Virus record (IMG/VR): IMGVR_UViG_3300029258_005088
Direction: 5' to 3' (one strand)
Source: a virus
Length of the DNA stretch: 64,000 nt
A program made the position numbers and the translations under genes. Numbering within the stretch: position 1 is the first letter of the stretch; every line of letters starts with the position of its first letter. Positions 17,701 through 25,183 of the stretch are shown one piece after another. A model generated the notes under the pieces. The model did no database searches, was not told the DNA's origin, and saw nothing but the letters and a program-made list of their open reading frames with translations.

Positions 17701-19205
17701 TCGGGAAGCAGGTAGTCCAGGTCTTTCTTGTGGACGTACTTCATGTCGCGTCCCTTGGACAGAGTCGGTACGTACGAGTCTCCGGGCTCCGACGATCCGG
17801 GCATGCCTATGTTGGCTTCCGTGGCGTCTCTCACGCCCACCCATTCCTTCTTGCCGGTCTTCGCATTGATGAGCTGGGTGTAAAGCTGCCTGTCGGGACC
17901 GCGTCTGACGTTTCTGGCCAGGCGCATGTCGAGACCTATGCGGAGCGACTCCGGGGCCACCACGGGATCGATGTAGCCGAGGTACGACGGTTGTACGTTT
18001 CTGGACTCCTTCGGCGCGGAGTCTATGCTGGGAAGGGCACCCTCTCCGAGGCGGCTGACTCGAACGTTCTGGTCGTAGATGTCGGAGGGATTGATCTCTT
18101 CGATTGCCTGAGCCACTCCCGTGGCAGTGAACAGATGGCTGACGTGCGCGTCCAGAAGGGAAGGCGGTATCTTCTTCATGTCCTGACCGCGGCCGGTAAG
18201 CTTCCACAGAACCTTGCGCAGGGCGCCGCCCTGATCGTTCTTGATCTTCTCCGCCAGGAAATCGGAGACGTCGTATATGTCCTGGTACGCAAGGCTGTCG
18301 CGGCTATCTGTATCGGCTTTGCCTTTGCCAACGTTCAGTATCTTGGTCGTAGCCGCCATGATGGCTTCCGGAGTGGCGTTCATGTACTCGGTTCCCAGCG
18401 TCCGCCGAGTTACCCTGGGACTGAGCTCGGTCCTCGAGAACTCGCCTATGACGTTGGCCTGGAATTCCGGATCGTAATCGGTCTCGGAAGCCTGCTTGTC
18501 CATGTTCTTGAACCCGACTGCCTTGATGAGTTCCTCTCTGGCCTCGTCCCTCTGGGGACGGAACTGCTTCAGGAAATTGACTGCGTAGGGGCTGTTCTGC
18601 AGAGCTTTGTTCTTCTCCGCGAGCTCCTTGCCCCACGTCTTCTCTATGCGTTCGTGAGGAATGCCCATGGCTCTGAGCACGGGGTACATCGGAACCTTGC
18701 GTCCCTTGTAGCGCATGAAGAAATGCCCGCTGCCCGGTTCCATGTATACTCTGAAGCTCGATCCGGTACGGGGTTTGGCATTGAACTGGGCCTCGATGTT
18801 TCCGTCGTCGGTAACCCTGGTGTATACACCGGGCACGAGACGAAACTGCTTCGCTATGGTGTATTCGACGCCCTTGCGGATGTAGGTCCCTCTGTCCGTA
18901 AGGTGAGGGACGTTCATCAGGCGCTTCTGGTTCGTCCTTCCTACTACGGTGCCCGTGGCGTTGTCCACGAGCTCGTAATTACCGACGAGCTTGTCCGATA
19001 GGGATTGTCCGGCCAGTATGGCCTTCTTCTGATCCTTGAGGGAGAAGCTGTCCTTGCCGGAGAACTTTGGATTTACCACGCGCAGAGTGAACTGCTCGTT
19101 AACTGCCGGGGGCGACTCCTGAACCGCTTTCAGGACTTTGTCCCGGAGGTCCTGGCGAACCCTGGGATAGTCCGTATAATCGAGAAGTTGTTGTTCGTTC
19201 ATCAC
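14799..19205 (-). CDS. rpoB: DNA-directed RNA polymerase beta subunit fused to the N-terminal (catalytic) half of beta'
   Basis: 1468 aa. beta motifs: PHLTDRGTYIRKGVEY, RLLMGNKFARQALPL, FEDAVVIS, GDKLSGRFGNKGVV, YVYKLQH, LGDMEIQAL. beta' motifs: GGLFD, PVLPPRFRP, NRAPTLHK, FAMDFDGDT (metal-binding DFDGD). Confidence 0.95.
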   Translation of the reverse strand: MMNEQQLLDYTDYPRVRQDLRDKVLKAVQESPPAVNEQFTLRVVNPKFSGKDSFSLKDQKKAILAGQSLSDKLVGNYELVDNATGTVVGRTNQKRLMNVPHLTDRGTYIRKGVEYTIAKQFRLVPGVYTRVTDDGNIEAQFNAKPRTGSSFRVYMEPGSGHFFMRYKGRKVPMYPVLRAMGIPHERIEKTWGKELAEKNKALQNSPYAVNFLKQFRPQRDEAREELIKAVGFKNMDKQASETDYDPEFQANVIGEFSRTELSPRVTRRTLGTEYMNATPEAIMAATTKILNVGKGKADTDSRDSLAYQDIYDVSDFLAEKIKNDQGGALRKVLWKLTGRGQDMKKIPPSLLDAHVSHLFTATGVAQAIEEINPSDIYDQNVRVSRLGEGALPSIDSAPKESRNVQPSYLGYIDPVVAPESLRIGLDMRLARNVRRGPDRQLYTQLINAKTGKKEWVGVRDATEANIGMPGSSEPGDSYVPTLSKGRDMKYVHKKDLDYLLPDGDEMFSDTANLVPLKSGVKGMRLLMGNKFARQALPLVGRQAPLVRTSNPKGGSEEERMGVYMGAVKASKPGVVKAVYKDHLKMSYDDGTEETIDLYDNHPYARKTFIRNTPKVKAGQKVGKGAVLATSNYTDPDGVSALGTNLRVAYLNYDGKVFEDAVVISQSAAKEKLTSEHMYTTKFEKDKDVFTDKAKFQALYPSRFSKSQLGTIGDDGVVKTGTVVNYGDPMVLAVKEREPTPQSMGRKTRTDDSVVWKHEFPAVVTDAEPSKKGYNINVRANVPMEEGDKLSGRFGNKGVVAEVIRDEDMPRDSKGRPIDVIFSPLGIHSRTNPAQKSEVVLGKVAEKTGKPYVLPGFLDEDMKKFAAREAYKNNVKANEDLYDPKTGKTIPGILTGMTYVYKLQHTAEGKGKSRGTSRYTAEDQPARGGKEGAKHLGDMEIQALQAHGADQVLKDLKIIKGQKNSNFWRQLKLGETPTQPDTPLVYQKFKSLIRAAGINLHEDKDKDSVFAMTNNQAEALTGAREIKNPSTYDAKNLRPIPGGLFDPEATGSMGNGDKWSYIKLPAPMPNPIMSEPLRRILGMKQKEFDDMVAGNTEVEGRSGSEALSYMLSRVNMPSLKQRTLEQIKHGAKSKRDDAVKLFRYIDAMEKHDVKPEDFLMTRVPVLPPRFRPISRQSDMTMVADPNYLYKTLLENIQDYKDTDGMPKDIRSEAWGNVWKSYNTLVGMTDPDQEQLQQKNVGGMLKQIFGKGSPKFGFVQRRVIGTNIDVSGLGVVAPNPSLKLNQIGMPEKLAWNLYGDFVVREMVGKGYPATQAAKAVEAKSPPAYKALQSVIKKRPVLVNRAPTLHKYSNMAFTPVLTKGKTIQVSPTIVGPFAMDFDGDTASFTVPVSQKAVDQANELMMPEKNLISSRFGKPAYTPSNEYLQGLYFATKPPKKGQTRIFKSMQEAMMAFSRGEITIDDPIRVVED

Positions 19206-19208
19206 TCA

Positions 19209-20318
19209 TCACGTTGTTAGCAGGTGTGCGTAAGGATCATCCTTGTCCACTGCGGGTTTCTTTCCCATGTCTTCGGCCAGCGACTGAGTCGGCTGCTTCG
19301 GAGTTACCACAGGCGGTTTGGGCAACGGCTTCGGCGCGGGGGCCGCTTGCACCTGCTCCGTCGAGATGTCTCTGGTCTTCGGAGGCGTAGGCATCTGGGA
19401 AACGTCCATAAGCACTGGCGCTTCCTTGGACTTGGCTCGTTCCTTCGCGATCTCCTTGAGCTGCTTGACGCGGCGTCTGTTCGGATCCTTCAGGTCGCCG
19501 TAGGTCTTTGCGGCTTTGTAGGTCAGCGCGAACGACGCAACCGCCCAGAGCCACCACAGGGTCTCGACGCCCTTGAACAGGCGGCCGGGATCCGTCAGAG
19601 TTTCCCACAGGCTAGGCTCTCCTGTCGGGGAGCTGCTGACGGAAGGAGTTCCTCTATACGGATTGGCTCCGATATTCGTGGGAGACAGTCGCTCGTTAGC
19701 CTCTTTTTGATTGGTATTCTTCTTCTGGAGCTCTTCGTATAGTAGCTTGTCGATATCGTCCTCTGCCTTGCCTACACGATCCGCGAGCTCCTGAGCACGC
19801 CTTTTGTCCTCTACGTAGTCTGCGAGCTTCCATCCAGCGGTGCCTCCGATTACGGCAGCCGCCGCGGCAAGAGCCAGATGGGCTGGATCCTGAGATCCCC
19901 ACAGCGTCTTCTTGACGAGGTTCTTGGCGGGCTTGGCCGCAGTGAACATACCGGAGGTAGCGGCCTTCTGCTGAAGCTCTCGGATCAATTCCGCATTGGA
20001 TACGCCCGGAGCGGCGTCTTCCTTCTCCTTCTCAGGATCCTCGTCGGGGTCCGCGCTAAGGGTCGGATATTTTGCGGCCGCATAGCTCTTGAGTTTGTCC
20101 TGGGTCTTCTCCGAGTCCAGCTGAGTCTTGTAGTGCATGAGCTTTCTCAAGACAACGGCCAGTCCGCCGTAGCCCAGAGCCAGTCCGCCTGCATGATGCA
20201 ATGCCCTGGACATGGGCGATGCATTCGGAGGCGTCAGGATGTCGTCGTACTCAAAAGGGTTGAACAAGGTATTCAACGTTCTCTTGAAATACTCAGCTTC
20301 CGCCGTCTTCTTCATCAT
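19209..20318 (-). CDS. Multi-pass membrane virion-type protein
   Basis: ORF 19209-20405; probable start MMKKTAEA at 20318; three hydrophobic segments, each region introduced by KTA/KAA/KEA. Confidence 0.7.
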   Translation of the reverse strand: MMKKTAEAEYFKRTLNTLFNPFEYDDILTPPNASPMSRALHHAGGLALGYGGLAVVLRKLMHYKTQLDSEKTQDKLKSYAAAKYPTLSADPDEDPEKEKEDAAPGVSNAELIRELQQKAATSGMFTAAKPAKNLVKKTLWGSQDPAHLALAAAAAVIGGTAGWKLADYVEDKRRAQELADRVGKAEDDIDKLLYEELQKKNTNQKEANERLSPTNIGANPYRGTPSVSSSPTGEPSLWETLTDPGRLFKGVETLWWLWAVASFALTYKAAKTYGDLKDPNRRRVKQLKEIAKERAKSKEAPVLMDVSQMPTPPKTRDISTEQVQAAPAPKPLPKPPVVTPKQPTQSLAEDMGKKPAVDKDDPYAHLLTT

Positions 20319-21081
20319 CTGCGAAGGGTGCCCCGAGTTCGGGGAGGAGGTCTCCGAAGGCTGAGATCGCCTCGTCGAAGGTCCCGTATCTGGATGGTAT
20401 GTCATCGTTCGACTCCACTTGGTTGGAATCCTTGTTCTCGTTCAAATCGTCTGCAGCCACTTTTGCGAGGTCCGCGGGCTGCTGTATCGGAGGATCGTCC
20501 TCGCGTAGCTTCTTCGGGGGAACTGGCTTGGGGAGCCTTCCTCCGCTGGCCTTCGCCTGCTCCCGCACGTTCCTGAGAGCCGTCGAAGGAGGTCCGTAAT
20601 AAGGCTCCATCCAACGAATGAGGATGCGCCAGCTCTTGATGTCGTCGTCGTAGACCTTTTCCTCGTAGGACACGATGGCCTGCTGTCTGCATATCTTCTC
20701 GCATAGCGCCCGGTACTGCTTCATGTCCTCTTCTTCGGCCAGGTTCCATTGAGCGACACAGGCATTGTTCCTGAGCTGAGGCCGTAGATGTTCGGGATCG
20801 TCCTCTTTGTAATCGAGCACGGGACCTATGTACGGGAGCTGTACCCCGTCGTCGGTCTCGTAGAAATGCTCTCCGGCGGCATCCGTTACCAGCGTGCCGT
20901 ATCTCTGAAGAGGATTTCTTCTGCTGTGAGGGTTAGATATGAAGCGTTCGTGCACTTGGGTTTTCCTTTTCGGCCAAAGCCTGCTGTCCTTCGATCTCTT
21001 CCTGTTTCCTGCGGCGCTCGAGTTCCGCGATGAACTCTTCGAGCTCGGCCGCCTCGAGGGCCTTCTGGACGGCTTCTTCAT
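20293..21081 (-). CDS. Hypothetical protein (true start probably GTG at 20955)
   Basis: Protein-like composition from VHERFISNP onward; the upstream part overlaps the 114-aa gene. Confidence 0.65.
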   Translation of the reverse strand: MKKPSRRPSRRPSSKSSSRNSSAAGNRKRSKDSRLWPKRKTQVHERFISNPHSRRNPLQRYGTLVTDAAGEHFYETDDGVQLPYIGPVLDYKEDDPEHLRPQLRNNACVAQWNLAEEEDMKQYRALCEKICRQQAIVSYEEKVYDDDIKSWRILIRWMEPYYGPPSTALRNVREQAKASGGRLPKPVPPKKLREDDPPIQQPADLAKVAADDLNENKDSNQVESNDDIPSRYGTFDEAISAFGDLLPELGAPFADDEEDGGS

Positions 21082-21277
21082 CCATCGGAGACGGACTCGT
21101 GATCTTCGAGTGAGTCAGGCCGGCACCCGCTCCGAGAAGGATGGGAGCGACCAGAAAGTAAGGAGCCAGGCTCTCTGCGACTTCCTTGCCCGTCCTTACC
21201 GTTTCGGCACCCCCTCTGAGGAGAGATGGGTATGCTTCCTTGTGCATGTATCCGTCTAGATATGCCTGTTTGTTCAT
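20933..21277 (-). CDS. Small membrane protein
   Basis: 114 aa; MNKQAYLDGYMHKEA start; TM APYFLVAPILLGAGAGL. Confidence 0.75.
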   Translation of the reverse strand: MNKQAYLDGYMHKEAYPSLLRGGAETVRTGKEVAESLAPYFLVAPILLGAGAGLTHSKITSPSPMDEEAVQKALEAAELEEFIAELERRRKQEEIEGQQALAEKENPSARTLHI

Positions 21278-22083
21278 CGTCCGATCTCCGAAAAAATTCC
21301 AGTGTTTATGATGCCGCCTGCGAGAGCGCCCACTCGGCTGAGTCTCTTGGTAACGGGACTTGGAAGCGCGAGCATCGTACTGGCGGCCCGCCCGAAGACG
21401 TAACCCGTGGCGGCGCCTACTCCAAGGCGTACGGCGGATCGCATGAGAGCCTTTCCGCTGGTGAGACCGCTGCTCGAGTTCTCCGCACCTTCTATTATTA
21501 TATCCGTTATTTCCTTTTGTGGTAGCGTAAGGAAAGGATCTTCGTTGATGAGATCCAGAGATTTGGATATGGGAACTCGAGACTGCTCGAAAGTCGACGG
21601 GATACCATCACTGTAGGACGCCGTCTTCTTGAACGATCTGCCGCTGGAGTATCGACGGGTAGGCGTGTACTGCACGCTCTCCTGGCGTTCCTTTATCCGC
21701 TTCTTGAGGTCTTCCTGGATCTCGGGCCGTTCCCAGTACTTGCGGCCTTCCACGAAACTGTCTTTGAGACCCTCGGCTCCATGTCGTACGTCGAGGTGCT
21801 TCTGGAGGCCATAGGTCGTTCCCGCGATTCCGCCCATACCCGCCATGAGCTTCTGCGCGAGCTCCAGCGTATCGGATGCGTTGTATTCCCGGAGGATGTC
21901 GGCTTTCTCCTGCTCGGTCTTGCCCATCATCATCATGTCTATGAGACGGGGGACGACGAGGCCGGCGCCCATATAGCCCGTGATGGCTCCCGCAGTGCCT
22001 AGAGCCGGAGCCTCTATCCAGGGCTTGGAGCCTATGGTGTTGCCGTAGGCCTTGGTGATCTTCTGTATGGCTTCTTTGTTCAT
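21274..22083 (-). CDS. Glycine-zipper membrane protein
   Basis: 269 aa; MNKEA start; four Gly-rich hydrophobic segments; internal KKTAS. Confidence 0.75.
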   Translation of the reverse strand: MNKEAIQKITKAYGNTIGSKPWIEAPALGTAGAITGYMGAGLVVPRLIDMMMMGKTEQEKADILREYNASDTLELAQKLMAGMGGIAGTTYGLQKHLDVRHGAEGLKDSFVEGRKYWERPEIQEDLKKRIKERQESVQYTPTRRYSSGRSFKKTASYSDGIPSTFEQSRVPISKSLDLINEDPFLTLPQKEITDIIIEGAENSSSGLTSGKALMRSAVRLGVGAATGYVFGRAASTMLALPSPVTKRLSRVGALAGGIINTGIFSEIGR

Positions 22084-22808
22084 CTGTTACCTACCATGTT
22101 CAACCGCATCGGCTTTTGCTGGGCCTGAAGTTGGTTTATCTGCGCCTGGAGCTTGGCTATCTCCGACTGTGACGCGCCCTGGTTCTTTCGTCTGAAAAGC
22201 GTGGCCAGCAGGAATACGAGAGCCCCTCCCCCGAGAAGCCACGGACCGTACTTGGTGACGTACCCGCCTATCTTCTTGTTCATCTCCGCCTTGATCTTCG
22301 GTATGGCCTCTTTCTGTATGATCTCGCGGGCCTTGGGACTGATGGAGTAATACTTCTTCGCCGTCGTGTAATCGCCTCTGGCAGCCTCTTCGCGTATCTT
22401 CTGCTCCACGCCTGCCTGCATGGTGTCGTACACCGACTGAGGCAGTCTCTTGGTGAGCTCGTCCATGGGCTCGGGCTTGTACGGATCCAGAAGCCATCCG
22501 TAGTCTTTGTTGTTCTTCAACGCCCACTTGGTCATCGTCCTGTCGAAGTACCCTTGATGCGGACTGACCCAGTTGGGATCCGGACCCTGACGGACTACCG
22601 GAGCCATTTCCTTGACCTTGTCGATTCCCCGGGAAGCCACGTCCATGGCTTTGTCCGCCCAGGACTGCTTGGCGGCGTTCCACTTGTCGATGTACTTTCC
22701 GAGATCTACCTCCGGAACGTCTCCCTCGGGAGGCTTCGGAGGCGTCGGAGCCGCAGGACCTGCCGCGCTCTTGCAGATATACCCTTGTATGAAAGCTGTC
22801 GTATTCAT
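22080..22808 (-). CDS. Membrane-anchored protein
   Basis: 242 aa; FIQGYICKSAA N-terminus; TM WLLGGGALVFLLATLF. Confidence 0.75.
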   Translation of the reverse strand: MNTTAFIQGYICKSAAGPAAPTPPKPPEGDVPEVDLGKYIDKWNAAKQSWADKAMDVASRGIDKVKEMAPVVRQGPDPNWVSPHQGYFDRTMTKWALKNNKDYGWLLDPYKPEPMDELTKRLPQSVYDTMQAGVEQKIREEAARGDYTTAKKYYSISPKAREIIQKEAIPKIKAEMNKKIGGYVTKYGPWLLGGGALVFLLATLFRRKNQGASQSEIAKLQAQINQLQAQQKPMRLNMVGNR

Positions 22809-25174
22809 CCTACCATGTTGTTCGGTGCTGGCATTGGAGTCGGGGACGCCATCGCCGGACCCGCCGCAGTGGGCTGCTGCAACGTAGCCGTTGGTTGTTG
22901 CGGGCTCTGATTCACGGCTGGGTTCTGTGCCGATGCCATCTGCTGAGCCTGTCCGACCTGTTCGTTCTGCATGTCCATGCGCTTGTTGTTCATGTCGATG
23001 CCTGCCTGTTGCCCGCTGAGATTCATCTCGGCTTGCTTCTTCTTGACGTCTGCATCTGCCTTGGACTGCTCTAGAGCGGCCTGCGCCTTCATCTCGGTGA
23101 CCTTGGCCTGATGCCTAAAAACTTCGGAGGGATCCGGTCCGGATTGTTGCTGAGGCTGTTCCGGAATCATGGCTCCGGGATCCTGTGGAAGGGCCGCATG
23201 CTTGTCGGTCAGGCACTCCCACCACATCGGAGTCTCGTTTCCGGAAAACTCTTTGAACATGTTGTTACTTTTCCTCGGAGCTTTCGGTGAAAATAGAGGG
23301 CTCGTTCGTGGCGAGGGAGTGGGAGTAGGATCTGGCTTGGAAAACTCCTGCCATTTCCTGTTCTCTTCCGGGGTCGACACAAGGCTGCGTGCCACGGCGT
23401 TTCCTTGTAGCGTGGCCCTATCCTGCAATGCCTTCGGAGCGGCGCCTGGATGGGCGGTTACCACGGGAGGTACCCCACCTGCCTTGGTCCTGGCCGCTGT
23501 TCGTTTTCTGAGCTTGTCGAGAACGCCTTGCGTGGTGTAGGGCTCGGAGGCATGCTTATCGGTCAAGCACTCCCACCACATCGGAGTATCGTCGCCGGCA
23601 AATTCTTTCCACTCATCGTTGTTGTCGGGTATAAGCTCTCTAACCATGGCCTCGCCTTCCTTTCTTGCTTTGTCCTGCACAGCCTTTGGAGCGGCTCCCT
23701 TATTCTTGGTCACCTTGGGAGGTTCGTATGTCCCCATACGACCATGCATCATGGCGTTTACACTGCCTGGTTGTTCCCTCTGTATCTTGTCCCGCATAAG
23801 TCTCTTTTTCGTCTGATCCGCGAGGAGAGCCTCCACACCGGGAAACGGCTTTCTGTCTTTCCACAGCTTTCTCAAACCAAGCTTGCGTGCGAGATTTCTC
23901 AACTCTTTCTCGTCTCGGTACTTCGGATGCCAGCCGGCGTATCTCTTGGAGAACGGCACTCTGGACTCATTGGGGTCATTACCGCTTGGAGTCTCGAACC
24001 ACCCCTCGTAAAACTTGTTCATCTCGTACGGATCCTGTCCGTAATAATACCGTCTGGCCCTCTCCATGGTGTCTCTGTATTCGTCGGACAACGCCACTAG
24101 ATCTTCCCATGAATTGGTGTTCCTGGCGGCTGTTTCGAAATCTGGAAGCTTACCTACCTTGGACTCTCCGAACAAGGAGAATCCCTCTCCGGTGAACGGC
24201 AGCCAGTTACGCTTGTCCCTGGAGTATTCGTATCCGGGAACGCCTCTTTCCGCATGCTCCACCGTATCGTTCAGGCGATTTTGTAGGAGCCTGAGCTTCT
24301 TGTCTACGGACTTGGTATTTCCCTTGCTTTTCCTGATCTTGGCCCTCTCAAGTTCCAATTCGGCCTTTCTCTTGACCAGGGCGGCTATGTCTTTCGTATA
24401 GGCGCCTTTGAGAGACGTGTTCATGTCGATTTCGTCCATGTCCTTACCAAAACCCGCCTTGGCGTTTTCAACCGTCTTGTCCACCCAGTTCTTCTCGGCT
24501 TCTCTGCGTGCCTTTCGAAGATATCCTCCGGCTTGTCTCTCCTCACCCTTTCTGTTGGTCGCGCTCGCGATCCGCTTCATCTCCGATACGGAGTTCATGT
24601 TGCCGATCTTCTGAGCTTCGGTCTCATTGGCGGAATTGTCGATATCCAAGACGTTTTGATAGTACATCTTCTTCTGCATGTCTATCCCTTTCGCCTCGCC
24701 TGCCGCCTTCGTGTTCTGGATGAACTCCTTGAACTTGCCCTTGGACCTGGCCTCGAACAGTGCTTCGTACGCCTTTGGGAGACCGATATCGAATACGTCC
24801 ATGACGAATGCCGCCAAACCACCGAGGAACGTTCCCATCAACGCTCCCTGAGCGCCACCCATGAGACCTCCGATCCCCGCTCCGAGAAGAGCGCCTGCAC
24901 CGCCGCTGAACCATTTTCTCTTGGTTTCGTCGGTCAGCATGCCGAGAAGCCAGTCCTTGTTGAGATCCGCGGCCGCCATGTCGAAATATTCCTGACGAAG
25001 CTGTGTGTACTGCTTCTTGAGCTCCGGGTGGTTCTGGGCGTAGACTCTGTACTCGTCGCCGACGAAGCCGGGAGATGCCGGAATGAACGCTCTCTGAAAC
25101 GCGTTTAGCTTCCCTGGAGCGGCAGTCTTGAAAAGGTATCCGTCTTCGTATGCTGTAAACCGTGATGCGTCCAT
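22805..25174 (-). CDS. Large virion-type protein with glycine zipper, coiled coil and internal repeat
   Basis: 789 aa; AYEDGYLFKTAA N-terminus; GGAGALLGAGIGGLMGGAQGALMG; duplicated AAPKAxQD...EFxGxxTPMWWECLTDKHA. Confidence 0.75.
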   Translation of the reverse strand: MDASRFTAYEDGYLFKTAAPGKLNAFQRAFIPASPGFVGDEYRVYAQNHPELKKQYTQLRQEYFDMAAADLNKDWLLGMLTDETKRKWFSGGAGALLGAGIGGLMGGAQGALMGTFLGGLAAFVMDVFDIGLPKAYEALFEARSKGKFKEFIQNTKAAGEAKGIDMQKKMYYQNVLDIDNSANETEAQKIGNMNSVSEMKRIASATNRKGEERQAGGYLRKARREAEKNWVDKTVENAKAGFGKDMDEIDMNTSLKGAYTKDIAALVKRKAELELERAKIRKSKGNTKSVDKKLRLLQNRLNDTVEHAERGVPGYEYSRDKRNWLPFTGEGFSLFGESKVGKLPDFETAARNTNSWEDLVALSDEYRDTMERARRYYYGQDPYEMNKFYEGWFETPSGNDPNESRVPFSKRYAGWHPKYRDEKELRNLARKLGLRKLWKDRKPFPGVEALLADQTKKRLMRDKIQREQPGSVNAMMHGRMGTYEPPKVTKNKGAAPKAVQDKARKEGEAMVRELIPDNNDEWKEFAGDDTPMWWECLTDKHASEPYTTQGVLDKLRKRTAARTKAGGVPPVVTAHPGAAPKALQDRATLQGNAVARSLVSTPEENRKWQEFSKPDPTPTPSPRTSPLFSPKAPRKSNNMFKEFSGNETPMWWECLTDKHAALPQDPGAMIPEQPQQQSGPDPSEVFRHQAKVTEMKAQAALEQSKADADVKKKQAEMNLSGQQAGIDMNNKRMDMQNEQVGQAQQMASAQNPAVNQSPQQPTATLQQPTAAGPAMASPTPMPAPNNMVG
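23196..23605. repeat. Intragenic duplication (units ~23196-23251 and ~23550-23605) encoding EFxGxxTPMWWECLTDKHA
   Basis: Near-identical DNA and peptide seen in both copies. Confidence 0.8.
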
Positions 25175-25183
25175 GGCTTTCTC

